Source: Deltaproteobacteria bacterium ADurb.Bin026 | GTDB taxonomy: Bacteria > Desulfobacterota > Syntrophorhabdia > Syntrophorhabdales > Syntrophorhabdaceae | Direction: 5' to 3' | DNA: 24,356 bases | Assembly: GCA_002071245.1 (NCBI GenBank) | Contig: MWEV01000010.1 | Span: 1-24,356, forward strand | Shown: positions 1 through 7,997 of the stretch, one piece after another | How positions within the stretch are numbered: position 1 is the first letter of the stretch | How the letters are laid out: each line of letters opens with the position of its first letter | Position numbers and translations under genes: made by a program | Notes under the pieces: model-generated | What the model saw: only the letters and a program-made list of their open reading frames with translations | Told to the model about the DNA's origin: nothing | Database searches by the model: none

Positions 1-1
1 G

Positions 2-532
2 TTGATCGCAGCAACAACCGATGTTGCACTTGAAATAATAAAGGCCTTTCGTAACGATAATAAGGTATTATTTTGTGGCAATGGAGGAAGTGCAGCAGAT
101 GCACAGCATCTTGCGGCAGAGCTTTCTGGTAGATTTTATATTGATAGACCTCCACTGTTTGCAGAAGCGTTGCATGTAAACACATCTTATCTTACGGCTG
201 TTGCAAATGATTACTCATTCGATGAGGTATTTTCCAGACTGGTAAAAGCAAAAGGGAGAGCTGGCGATATTCTGGTGGGCATATCTACTTCCGGCAAATC
301 TAATAACATTATTAATGCCCTTATGACAGCGAAAGATGTGGGTATTGTAACGGTAGGTTTTTGTGGAGCGTATAGCTATGTAATGAGGAATTTTTGTAAA
401 TATGTTATCAGCATTCCTGCAGAGGATACACCAAGGATTCAAGAGGCGCATATCCTTATAGGACATATTATTTGCGAGATTGTAGAAAGGGATTTATTTG
501 GTGATGGAAAGGCCAGCAATTTTTCTCGATAG
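2..532 (+). CDS. gmhA: Sedoheptulose-7-phosphate isomerase (SIS domain), probably 5'-truncated by the window edge
   Basis: Motifs CGNGGSAADAQHLAAE, NDY, GISTSGKS and RIQEAH are typical of GmhA. The frame is open from the window start and looks short at the N-terminus. Stop TAG at 530-532 overlaps gmhB. Confidence 0.93.
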   Translation: MIAATTDVALEIIKAFRNDNKVLFCGNGGSAADAQHLAAELSGRFYIDRPPLFAEALHVNTSYLTAVANDYSFDEVFSRLVKAKGRAGDILVGISTSGKSNNIINALMTAKDVGIVTVGFCGAYSYVMRNFCKYVISIPAEDTPRIQEAHILIGHIICEIVERDLFGDGKASNFSR

Positions 533-1052
533 GGACGGGGTAATAAACAAAAAAATGTCGGAAGGAGACTATGTTAAAGACTGGAATGAATTTGAATTTT
601 TACCTGGTGTCATAAATGCTCTATGGAAATTGAAAAGGTCTGGATACATTATTATAATTGTTACGAACCAAAGATGTATAGCGAAAGGTATTATGGATGA
701 AAATAAGCTGCGAGAGATACACTCAAGGATGATCGGTCATTTTAAAAAAAATGGTATTGAAATAGATGGTATTTATGTCTGCCCCCATGATGAACCTGAT
801 AATTGTGATTGCAGAAAACCAAAGCCTGGTATGATTTTGAATGCAATAGATGATTTTAGAAACAAAGGGATAATAATCGACATCAAAAAGAGCTATATGA
901 TCGGTGACAGCGAAAAGGATATACTCGCTGGAAAGGCAGTCGGTTTGAAAACGATACGAATTGCAGAGGATATAATGGCTGATAACTGTTTGGTGAAAGA
1001 GAGCCTGTTGAGTGCAGTCACAGCAATAATTACCATGGAGGCAAGGGCTTGA
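504..1052 (+). CDS. gmhB: D,D-heptose-1,7-bisphosphate phosphatase (HAD family)
   Basis: HAD motif FLDRDGVIN, TNQ, Zn-binding CPH...CDCRKPKPGM and IGDSEKD. ATG at 504 is preferred over the TTG at 498. Confidence 0.92.
   Translation: MERPAIFLDRDGVINKKMSEGDYVKDWNEFEFLPGVINALWKLKRSGYIIIIVTNQRCIAKGIMDENKLREIHSRMIGHFKKNGIEIDGIYVCPHDEPDNCDCRKPKPGMILNAIDDFRNKGIIIDIKKSYMIGDSEKDILAGKAVGLKTIRIAEDIMADNCLVKESLLSAVTAIITMEARA
1037..1041 (+). promoter_or_regulatory. Shine-Dalgarno site for the hddA TTG start
   Basis: GGAGG lies 7 nt upstream of TTG 1049, which overlaps the gmhB stop (TTGA). Confidence 0.6.
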
Positions 1053-2041
1053 TAATAACAAGAACTCCCTTCAGAATCTCTTTTTTTGGAGGTGGAACAG
1101 ATTTGCCTGCATGGTACGAAGAAAACGGCGGAGAAGTATTATCTGTAGCCATAGATAAATATTGTTATATAAGTTTACGAAGACTTCCGCCTTTTTTTGC
1201 GTATAAACATAGGATTGTTTATTCCAAACATGAGACCGTTAACGAGATTGATGAGATTGTGCACCCCGCTGTAAGAGAGGCATTCAGATTTATGAAGATA
1301 AACGAAGGCCTTGAGGTTCATCATGACGGTGATTTACCGGCAAAATCCGGGCTCGGGTCAAGTTCGTCCTTCACGGTAGGGCTGTTGCATGCACTTTATG
1401 CCCTGCAGGGAAAAATAGTAACTAAAAGAAGGCTGGCACTCGAGGCCATACATATTGAACAGGATTTGATCAAAGAAAATGTTGGCTCTCAGGATCAGGT
1501 GGCCGTTGCTTTTGGGGGTCTTAATAAGATTACATTTAAGGGAAGGCACGATATAGATATTGTCCCAATAACCATCAACCGGCAAAGAATAGAGGAACTC
1601 CAAGATCATCTTTTGCTTTTTTTTACTGGTTTTACAAGGTATGCGGACAAGATTGAGGGTGAAAAGATAAAGCAGATGCCAATGAAAAGCGTGGAATTCG
1701 AGAGAATGAAAAGGATGGTAGATCAGGTGATAGAGATTCTAAACGGAAATGGAGATCTGATTGATTTTGGCAGGATGCTCAATGAAAGCTGGAAATTAAA
1801 GAAAAGTCTTTCAAGTCTTGTGACAACACCCCAGATAAACGATATCTATGAGCAGGCCATCAGACATGGTGCAGTAGGAGGAAAAATATTGGGAGCTGGA
1901 GGCGGAGGGTTTATTCTCTTTTTTGTTAAACCTGAAGACAGAAACAGGATTATTGGTGCACTGGCACCGCTTCTTTACGTTCCTTTTCGTTTCGACTTCC
2001 TCGGAAGCCAGGTTATATTTTACAGTGAAAGCGGGGTTTGA
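1049..2041 (+). CDS. hddA: GHMP-family D-glycero-alpha-D-manno-heptose-7-phosphate kinase
   Basis: MIITRTPFRISFFGGGTDLP, GHMP ATP loop DLPAKSGLGSSSSF, GSQDQ and GGKILGAGGGGF. It is flanked by gmhA, gmhB and an hddC-like gene. Confidence 0.88.
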   Translation: MIITRTPFRISFFGGGTDLPAWYEENGGEVLSVAIDKYCYISLRRLPPFFAYKHRIVYSKHETVNEIDEIVHPAVREAFRFMKINEGLEVHHDGDLPAKSGLGSSSSFTVGLLHALYALQGKIVTKRRLALEAIHIEQDLIKENVGSQDQVAVAFGGLNKITFKGRHDIDIVPITINRQRIEELQDHLLLFFTGFTRYADKIEGEKIKQMPMKSVEFERMKRMVDQVIEILNGNGDLIDFGRMLNESWKLKKSLSSLVTTPQINDIYEQAIRHGAVGGKILGAGGGGFILFFVKPEDRNRIIGALAPLLYVPFRFDFLGSQVIFYSESGV

Positions 2042-2044
2042 TTT

Positions 2045-3247
2045 ATGATTAGAATTCCTTTTGGTACGATAGCGGTTACAGATAGGTCAAAAGAGATTAT
2101 ATCGGAAATCCTCGACACAAAAAGGTTGTCTACCGGAAAATATGTAAGGGAATTTGAAAAGAGATTTGCAGCGCTTATCGGAGCGGAAGAAGCCGTTGCG
2201 GTTTCAACCGGCACTGATGCGGATGCGCTGGCTCTTGCTGTGCTCTATGATTTTGGTGCAGTTAGGGGTGATGAGATTATCGTGCCTGCACTTTCATTTG
2301 TAGCAACAGGCAATGCTGTTTTGCAGGCAGGGTTCACGCCGGTTTTTGTTGATATTGACAGGAAAACCTTGAATATTGATGTTGCAAAGATAGAAGAAGC
2401 AATCACAAAGAAGACTAAGGCGATTATGCCAGTTCATCTGATGGGCAAACCGGCTGATATGGACAGTATCAACAGGATTGCGCAGCAATACGGACTCTAT
2501 GTCATTGAAGATGCGGCAGAGGCTCACGGAGCTTCATATAAAGGAAAAAATGTGGGCACTCTTGGCGATATGGCAGCTTACAGCCTTTATGTCGCACATA
2601 TCATTACAACAATTGAAGGTGGTATTGTTGTAACAAACAGAACTGACTTTGCAGAGATATTAAGGTCATTGAGAAGCCACGGAAGGGCATGCAAGTGTGA
2701 AAGCTGTGTTTTAAATACAAGTTCGTCATATTGTCCTAAAAGATTCAGTCTTGGCGACAAGTCGGATATAAGGTTTATATTTGAGCGAATTGGATTTTCA
2801 TCGAAAATGAATGAGATCGAGGCTGCTGTGGGTATAGGTGCCCTCGATGTATTTAATGATGTGTTGAAAAAACGCAGAGAAAACCTTTATTACCTTATGG
2901 ATAAGTTTAGCAGGTTCGAACCATACCTGACTACTATAAAAAAGGAACCTTATGAAGACATAGGCCCTCATGCACTGCCTATTATAATAGAAGAAGATTC
3001 GCCTTTTACAAGGAACCAACTTGTCGATTTCATGGAAAAGAATGGCATCGATACAAGGAGTCTTTTCCAGTCGATGCCAACGCAATGCCCTGGATTTGCT
3101 TTCCTCAAAGCGAAAGCAAGTGGTTTTCCTAATGCAGAGTATATAGGCAACAATGGGCTACATGTAGGTGTTCATCAGGATTTGGGTTTAAAAGAATGTG
3201 ATTACATACTCGATACAATTCAGATATTCCTGAAAAAAAATACATAA
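2045..3247 (+). CDS. DegT/DnrJ/EryC1/StrS-family PLP/PMP enzyme with His at the catalytic Lys position; candidate nucleotide-sugar 3-dehydratase (RfbH/E1- or ColD-like chemistry)
   Basis: Family motifs VSTGTDA, GDEIIVPALSFVAT, PVHLMG and IEDAAEAHG. The active-site loop reads YSLYVAHIITTIEGG (His185, CAT at 2597-2599). A Cys-rich segment GRACKCESC...YC follows. The family call is secure; the reaction is inferred. Confidence 0.85.
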   Translation: MIRIPFGTIAVTDRSKEIISEILDTKRLSTGKYVREFEKRFAALIGAEEAVAVSTGTDADALALAVLYDFGAVRGDEIIVPALSFVATGNAVLQAGFTPVFVDIDRKTLNIDVAKIEEAITKKTKAIMPVHLMGKPADMDSINRIAQQYGLYVIEDAAEAHGASYKGKNVGTLGDMAAYSLYVAHIITTIEGGIVVTNRTDFAEILRSLRSHGRACKCESCVLNTSSSYCPKRFSLGDKSDIRFIFERIGFSSKMNEIEAAVGIGALDVFNDVLKKRRENLYYLMDKFSRFEPYLTTIKKEPYEDIGPHALPIIIEEDSPFTRNQLVDFMEKNGIDTRSLFQSMPTQCPGFAFLKAKASGFPNAEYIGNNGLHVGVHQDLGLKECDYILDTIQIFLKKNT

Positions 3248-3252
3248 AACTT

Positions 3253-3966
3253 ATGGTAGACGGCATAAAGACGGTCATTTTAGCGGGTGGCAAAGGTTCA
3301 CGCCTTCATGATGTTGTAAAGGATATTCCGAAACCTATGGCTCCTGTGATGAAAAAACCTTTCCTTGAATATATTATTTTACAAATATGCAGATGGGGCA
3401 TCAAAGAAATCATCATATCAGTCGGCTATAAAAAAGAGGTGATACGGGAATATTTTGCTGACGGCAGAAAATGGGGTGTTGACATAGTATATTGTGTGGA
3501 AGATGAGCCTTTAGGCACGGCAGGTGCTATAAGAAAGGCAATTTTATCATCAAATGCAAATCGTTATATAGCAATGAACGGGGATTCTTTTTTTGATATA
3601 GATATAAACAGGTTGATACGATATCATGAAGAAAAAAAGGCGGTGTTTACTATCGGGCTTGTGCATGTAGAAGATACGGGAAGATTCGGAAAGGTATTGA
3701 CAAGAGATAACGGAGAGGTTTTTGAATTCATTGAGAAGGGATGTAACGGCCGCGGAAACATAAACGGAGGGATATATGTCTTTGAGAGAGATATAGTCGA
3801 TTTTATTCCTGAAGGCATATGTTCTCTTGAAAATGATGTGTTGCCTAAACTGGTCAGTAAAGGCCTATACGGGATGGAAACAAAGACCTATTTTATCGAT
3901 ATTGGAATCCCAAAAGAATATGAATCTCTTTTCAACGATCCTCAACAGCTTTACGGAAGGATTTGA
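3253..3966 (+). CDS. hddC: Sugar-1-phosphate nucleotidyltransferase; probable heptose-1-phosphate guanylyltransferase
   Basis: ILAGGKGSRL...PKPMAPV, EDEPLGTAGA, NGDSFF, INGGIYVF and FIDIGIP. 237 aa with no C-terminal hexapeptide domain. It completes the gmhA/hddA/gmhB set. Confidence 0.82.
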   Translation: MVDGIKTVILAGGKGSRLHDVVKDIPKPMAPVMKKPFLEYIILQICRWGIKEIIISVGYKKEVIREYFADGRKWGVDIVYCVEDEPLGTAGAIRKAILSSNANRYIAMNGDSFFDIDINRLIRYHEEKKAVFTIGLVHVEDTGRFGKVLTRDNGEVFEFIEKGCNGRGNINGGIYVFERDIVDFIPEGICSLENDVLPKLVSKGLYGMETKTYFIDIGIPKEYESLFNDPQQLYGRI

Positions 3967-3975
3967 TAAGTAATA

Positions 3976-6552
3976 TTGGGTTTTTTAAAAATATTAAAAG
4001 ATTGTATAGGGGCATTTTCAGACAAGACTGACTACTACAGAATATGCTGGTATTTTGCAGGGCTAGCCCTGTTTTTTTATATCGATAAGATTTTTATGGG
4101 GTCTTTTGCCTTTGTAAGACTTCATGATGTTTTTGACTCCGATTACTCAAGGTATAAAATACTCGGAGAACTTTTTTATAAAAATGGTTTTTTTTCATGG
4201 TACCCTCACTATCTGGGGGGTCTGCCAGCATATGCATGGCACCACACACCCTTTTATATTTTATGTCTTGTGTCTTTGGTTGTGCCGTTATGGTTTATAT
4301 ATTCATTTCTTTGCTGTATGTGGATGTTTTTGGCAGGTTTTGGATTATTCAGGCTATTGAATGAATACCTGGGCATACCCAGGAAGTTTTCATTAGTTGC
4401 AGGATTGTTTTATTCAACAATTGTACAAATTCAACCGAATAGTATACCGCAGGTTGTATTCAATTATGCATTCCCTGTTTTCCTTGTATGGTTCCTCGAT
4501 CTGTTTAAAAATGTTTCAATAAGAAAGAAGATCATTCCTCTTGCAGGGCTCAACTTTTTATTATTGATTTCTTATCCTGTCCTGACTCTTCCTTATTATC
4601 CCTTGTTACATGTTGCAATGATTTTGTTTGTAGTGGATCCGGATAAATTACCTGCAGAAAGAAAATCGCTTGTAATAAAATCGTGTATTGTTTGGTTTGG
4701 ATACATCTTGATGAATCTCCCTGTTCTGTATAGCCTTTGGGATTATATACCATTGGCGGTGAAAAAAGTGGACCAAACTGTCCATATACAAACAAGTTTT
4801 GCAGGGATGCTTAAAGATTTTGTAGCACAGTCGTTTAACGGATTTTCGGAGGTAATGTCGAGAACACTGATGTTGATCCCGTTTGTAAGCGGCATTGCAT
4901 TTTTTTCTGTATCAAAAAATTTAAGGAATCTTTATATTCTATGGTTTGCAGTTTTTTTTGTAACAACATTTTTCACATCGAAAATATCTCTTATTTTAAA
5001 AGACAGTATTTTTTTAAAGATGGATCTCAGCCATTTCTCATGGACACTGCCGTTTTTGTCAATGTTAATTGCGTCTTTGAGTATCAATATGATAATCGAA
5101 AAGCAGAAGTCTTCTGCTTCATATAATATATTTTTGGTAACTGCTTTTCTTGTTTTATGTGCTATTGTGTTTTTATTGAATCTGCCGGTCTATTTGTTTA
5201 TAGCAAACATATATATCCTGATTATCATTATGTTGTTTTTAAGGTGTGTAAAATATGGAAAGCATCTTGACCATGCGATAAATATTGTACAGACAATAGC
5301 TCCAAAAAAGTTTATGCTGTGTTTGGTCATATCGATTTTTGCTCAAATAGCTATCATTTTGTTATTTTTTAAACCAAGGGCATATATGCTTATCAACATG
5401 GCGGTGTTTGTTGTTCCGATTGTGATGATGTTTGTCGTTGTGTCAGGACATATTAAGCATGGCATAAAAATGGCGAAGCCTGCGTGGATAAGGACGTTTT
5501 ACATTGCGACCCTGGTAAGCCTGTGTATGTTTTTGGTTTTACAGATAAGGATTGTGAGATTCAACGGCATGGAACCCGAGAAGTATTCATACAAACTTCT
5601 CGAAAGTTATACGGTACTCGATAAGATCAAGAAGAAGGAAACCGGTATTTACAGGATTGGAGCGGTCGGTGGCATACCTCACGTGGTGTTGGCTAACCAT
5701 GGGTTTGAGAGTATCGACGGACGGGGACCTATATCCAACCGTTATTTCAAGGATTATTTCAAATTGATCGTAAAGCCGCAACTGGCAGAAAAGAAGGATG
5801 AGTTGTTTTTCGATTCGTATTGGTATAATCTCTTTTTGACATGCGGAAGCGGTGATCAGAATTTTAACTATCCTCTTTTATCCCTTGCAAACGTAAAGTA
5901 CCTTGTATCATCCGATAACAGCCAGAAGGCTAAAGATTTATCTGATGTTGTAATGAAAGAGAGGAAATATCTTAACAATCTGTTTTACGATATTTTAAAT
6001 CCACCATTTGTCGGTAGTGACAACATGCTCAATATAAATGTATATAGGTTAAAAGAAACATTCGAAAGATGGTATCTTGCCAGTACACCGGTGATTGCGG
6101 TAAACCGCGACCAGACTCTGGATTTGCTCCTATCACAATCCGGCGACACCTTAAGAAATAATGTTATCTATGCACAGCCTGATATTGAAAAAGGTTATTT
6201 TGATAAATATGCACCGAAGAACGATCCAAGCGGAAAGATCGAATTATTGTCATATTCACCGGACAGGATAGTTTTGAATACAACAATTGCTGCACCAGCA
6301 ATAATGGTTATAACAAACAATTATGATAAAAGATGGGCCGCATATATCAACGGCGTAAAGACAAAGATTGTAAGGGCAAACCATGCCTTTCAATCCTTTC
6401 TGTTGGATAAAGCAGGGTCTCATAAGGTCGACATAAGATTTGAAGATAAATTGCTTTGGATGCTTCATTATGTGATGATATTCGGTTTTATTCTTTTAAA
6501 CGTTACATTGCTTCTAAATAGGTCAATTATGCCTTCAGGATCAGGAAAATAG
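3976..6552 (+). CDS. YfhO-like polytopic membrane protein (putative GT-C glycosyltransferase), copy 1
   Basis: 858 aa with many hydrophobic segments over about the first 530 aa. The early loop has acidic HDVFDSD and WYPHYLGGLP. The soluble C-terminal domain has YSPDRIVL...NNYDKRWAAYING...RANHAFQS, as in YfhO-family C-termini, and a final TM helix. The TTG start is uncertain. Confidence 0.72.
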   Translation: MGFLKILKDCIGAFSDKTDYYRICWYFAGLALFFYIDKIFMGSFAFVRLHDVFDSDYSRYKILGELFYKNGFFSWYPHYLGGLPAYAWHHTPFYILCLVSLVVPLWFIYSFLCCMWMFLAGFGLFRLLNEYLGIPRKFSLVAGLFYSTIVQIQPNSIPQVVFNYAFPVFLVWFLDLFKNVSIRKKIIPLAGLNFLLLISYPVLTLPYYPLLHVAMILFVVDPDKLPAERKSLVIKSCIVWFGYILMNLPVLYSLWDYIPLAVKKVDQTVHIQTSFAGMLKDFVAQSFNGFSEVMSRTLMLIPFVSGIAFFSVSKNLRNLYILWFAVFFVTTFFTSKISLILKDSIFLKMDLSHFSWTLPFLSMLIASLSINMIIEKQKSSASYNIFLVTAFLVLCAIVFLLNLPVYLFIANIYILIIIMLFLRCVKYGKHLDHAINIVQTIAPKKFMLCLVISIFAQIAIILLFFKPRAYMLINMAVFVVPIVMMFVVVSGHIKHGIKMAKPAWIRTFYIATLVSLCMFLVLQIRIVRFNGMEPEKYSYKLLESYTVLDKIKKKETGIYRIGAVGGIPHVVLANHGFESIDGRGPISNRYFKDYFKLIVKPQLAEKKDELFFDSYWYNLFLTCGSGDQNFNYPLLSLANVKYLVSSDNSQKAKDLSDVVMKERKYLNNLFYDILNPPFVGSDNMLNINVYRLKETFERWYLASTPVIAVNRDQTLDLLLSQSGDTLRNNVIYAQPDIEKGYFDKYAPKNDPSGKIELLSYSPDRIVLNTTIAAPAIMVITNNYDKRWAAYINGVKTKIVRANHAFQSFLLDKAGSHKVDIRFEDKLLWMLHYVMIFGFILLNVTLLLNRSIMPSGSGK

Positions 6553-6573
6553 GACGGATAATTTAAAATAAAG

Positions 6574-7248
6574 ATGAAATACGGTAAGCTTATTGCGATA
6601 GCAGTGCTTTTTCTAATTATGGTAGCCCTGTTCTTTTTGAGAAGACACGGTTACGTTGCCCCTGATAAAATATTTGAGTTCTTGAGGCTACATCCAATAT
6701 TGGCACCTTTTTTATTTATAATTATTTTTATGCTGCTGACGCTGTTTTTAGTGCCTACGCTTCCTTTAAACCTTGGCGCCGGTTTTTTATGGGGCCCAGT
6801 ATGGGGTACTGTTCTTACAATAATAGGCGCGACATTAGGGGCAATATGTTCATTTGGATTGTCAAGGTATCTTATAAAAGATTATTGCGGGGAAAGATTC
6901 CGTCATGCAATGTGGCTGCACCTCAAAGATTATATATCAAAATACAACTGGAAGGTAATCGCATTTGTGCGGATTGATCCGGTTTTTGCATCAGGACCTC
7001 TAAACTATTTTTTTGGTGTTACCTCGATAGCCTTTTCCACTTTTATCTGGTCTACCGCCCTTTTTTTTATACCACCAGCGTTTCTTTTTGCTTCTATAGG
7101 CAGTATCTTTGGATGGGTGGCAATCCAGGGGAATGCCTCCGATCTCATACGCAGCATCATTCTAGTTAGTGCCGGTGCCACGATTGTATGTCTGTTTCTT
7201 TTCCTTGCCAGGAAATGGGCGAGGAAGAATAGCAAGATTGATATATAG
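6574..7248 (+). CDS. DedA-superfamily TVP38/TMEM64 (VTT domain) membrane protein
   Basis: VPTLPLNLGAGFLWGPVWGTVLTIIGATLGAICSFGLSRY and RIDPVFASGPLNYFFGVTSIAFSTF...IP match the YdjX/TVP38 pattern. Confidence 0.85.
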   Translation: MKYGKLIAIAVLFLIMVALFFLRRHGYVAPDKIFEFLRLHPILAPFLFIIIFMLLTLFLVPTLPLNLGAGFLWGPVWGTVLTIIGATLGAICSFGLSRYLIKDYCGERFRHAMWLHLKDYISKYNWKVIAFVRIDPVFASGPLNYFFGVTSIAFSTFIWSTALFFIPPAFLFASIGSIFGWVAIQGNASDLIRSIILVSAGATIVCLFLFLARKWARKNSKIDI

Positions 7249-7258
7249 AGAGGAGCAT

Positions 7259-7963
7259 TTGAAGACAACATTATTAGTGATGACGCTTAACGAAATTGAT
7301 GGAATGAAGGCCATTATGCCGCGCATTAAAAGAGAATGGTTCGATCAGATAATCGTTGTCGACGGTGGTTCTACTGATGGGACAATAGAATATGCCAAGC
7401 AAGAAGGATATTCTTTTTATGTTCAAAAAAGGCAAGGCTTCAGGCATGCTTATTTTGAAGTTATGCCTCTTGTAGAGGGTGATGTAATAGTTACATTCAG
7501 TCCTGACGGTAATTCTATCCCGGAATTAATCCCTGAATTGATCGAGAAGATGAGGGAAGGGTACGATATGGTGATCGTGTCCCGATATCTCGGCAAAGCA
7601 AAAAGCGATGACGATGATTTACTTACAGGGTTCGGCAATTGGCTTTTTACCAAAACGGTGAATATCCTTTTCAAGGGTGACTATACAGATGCAATGGTCA
7701 TCTATAGAGCTTACAAAAAAAGCCTTATATATGATTTGGAGCTCGATAAGGACAAATGGTATACAACGCCTGAAAAACTTTTTTCGTGCAAGATAAGCTG
7801 GGAGCCTATGCTCTCTGCCAGGGCCGCAAAAAGAAAGCTAAGAATAGCTGAGATTCCCGGCGACGAACCACCTCGAATAGGTGGCGAGAGAAAGTTGCTT
7901 ATATGGCGTTGGGGCGCATCATACTATTTCCAGTTCTGGCGAGATTTTTTTATCTGGCACTGA
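7259..7963 (+). CDS. GT2 glycosyltransferase, DPM1/polyprenol-phosphate glycosyltransferase-like
   Basis: TLLVMTLNE, IIVVDGGSTDGT, FSPDGNSIPELIP, YDMVIVSRY and EIPGDEPPRIGGERK. The start is moved from the track's 7169, which overlaps the DedA gene, to TTG 7259 after GAGAGGAG (7248-7255). Confidence 0.85.
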   Translation: MKTTLLVMTLNEIDGMKAIMPRIKREWFDQIIVVDGGSTDGTIEYAKQEGYSFYVQKRQGFRHAYFEVMPLVEGDVIVTFSPDGNSIPELIPELIEKMREGYDMVIVSRYLGKAKSDDDDLLTGFGNWLFTKTVNILFKGDYTDAMVIYRAYKKSLIYDLELDKDKWYTTPEKLFSCKISWEPMLSARAAKRKLRIAEIPGDEPPRIGGERKLLIWRWGASYYFQFWRDFFIWH

Positions 7964-7997
7964 ATATGTCGTCAAATAATAAATAATGGATTGAACA

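Noticed and set aside
504-532. 29-nt gmhA/gmhB overlap as a sign of a frameshift or fusion
   Set aside because: The gmhA C-terminus is intact and gmhB is complete. Only a short non-conserved GmhA tail overlaps, which is ordinary operon compaction.
2045-3247. Plain sugar aminotransferase call (perA/arnB/wecE)
   Set aside because: The Schiff-base Lys position is His, so no gene symbol is assigned.
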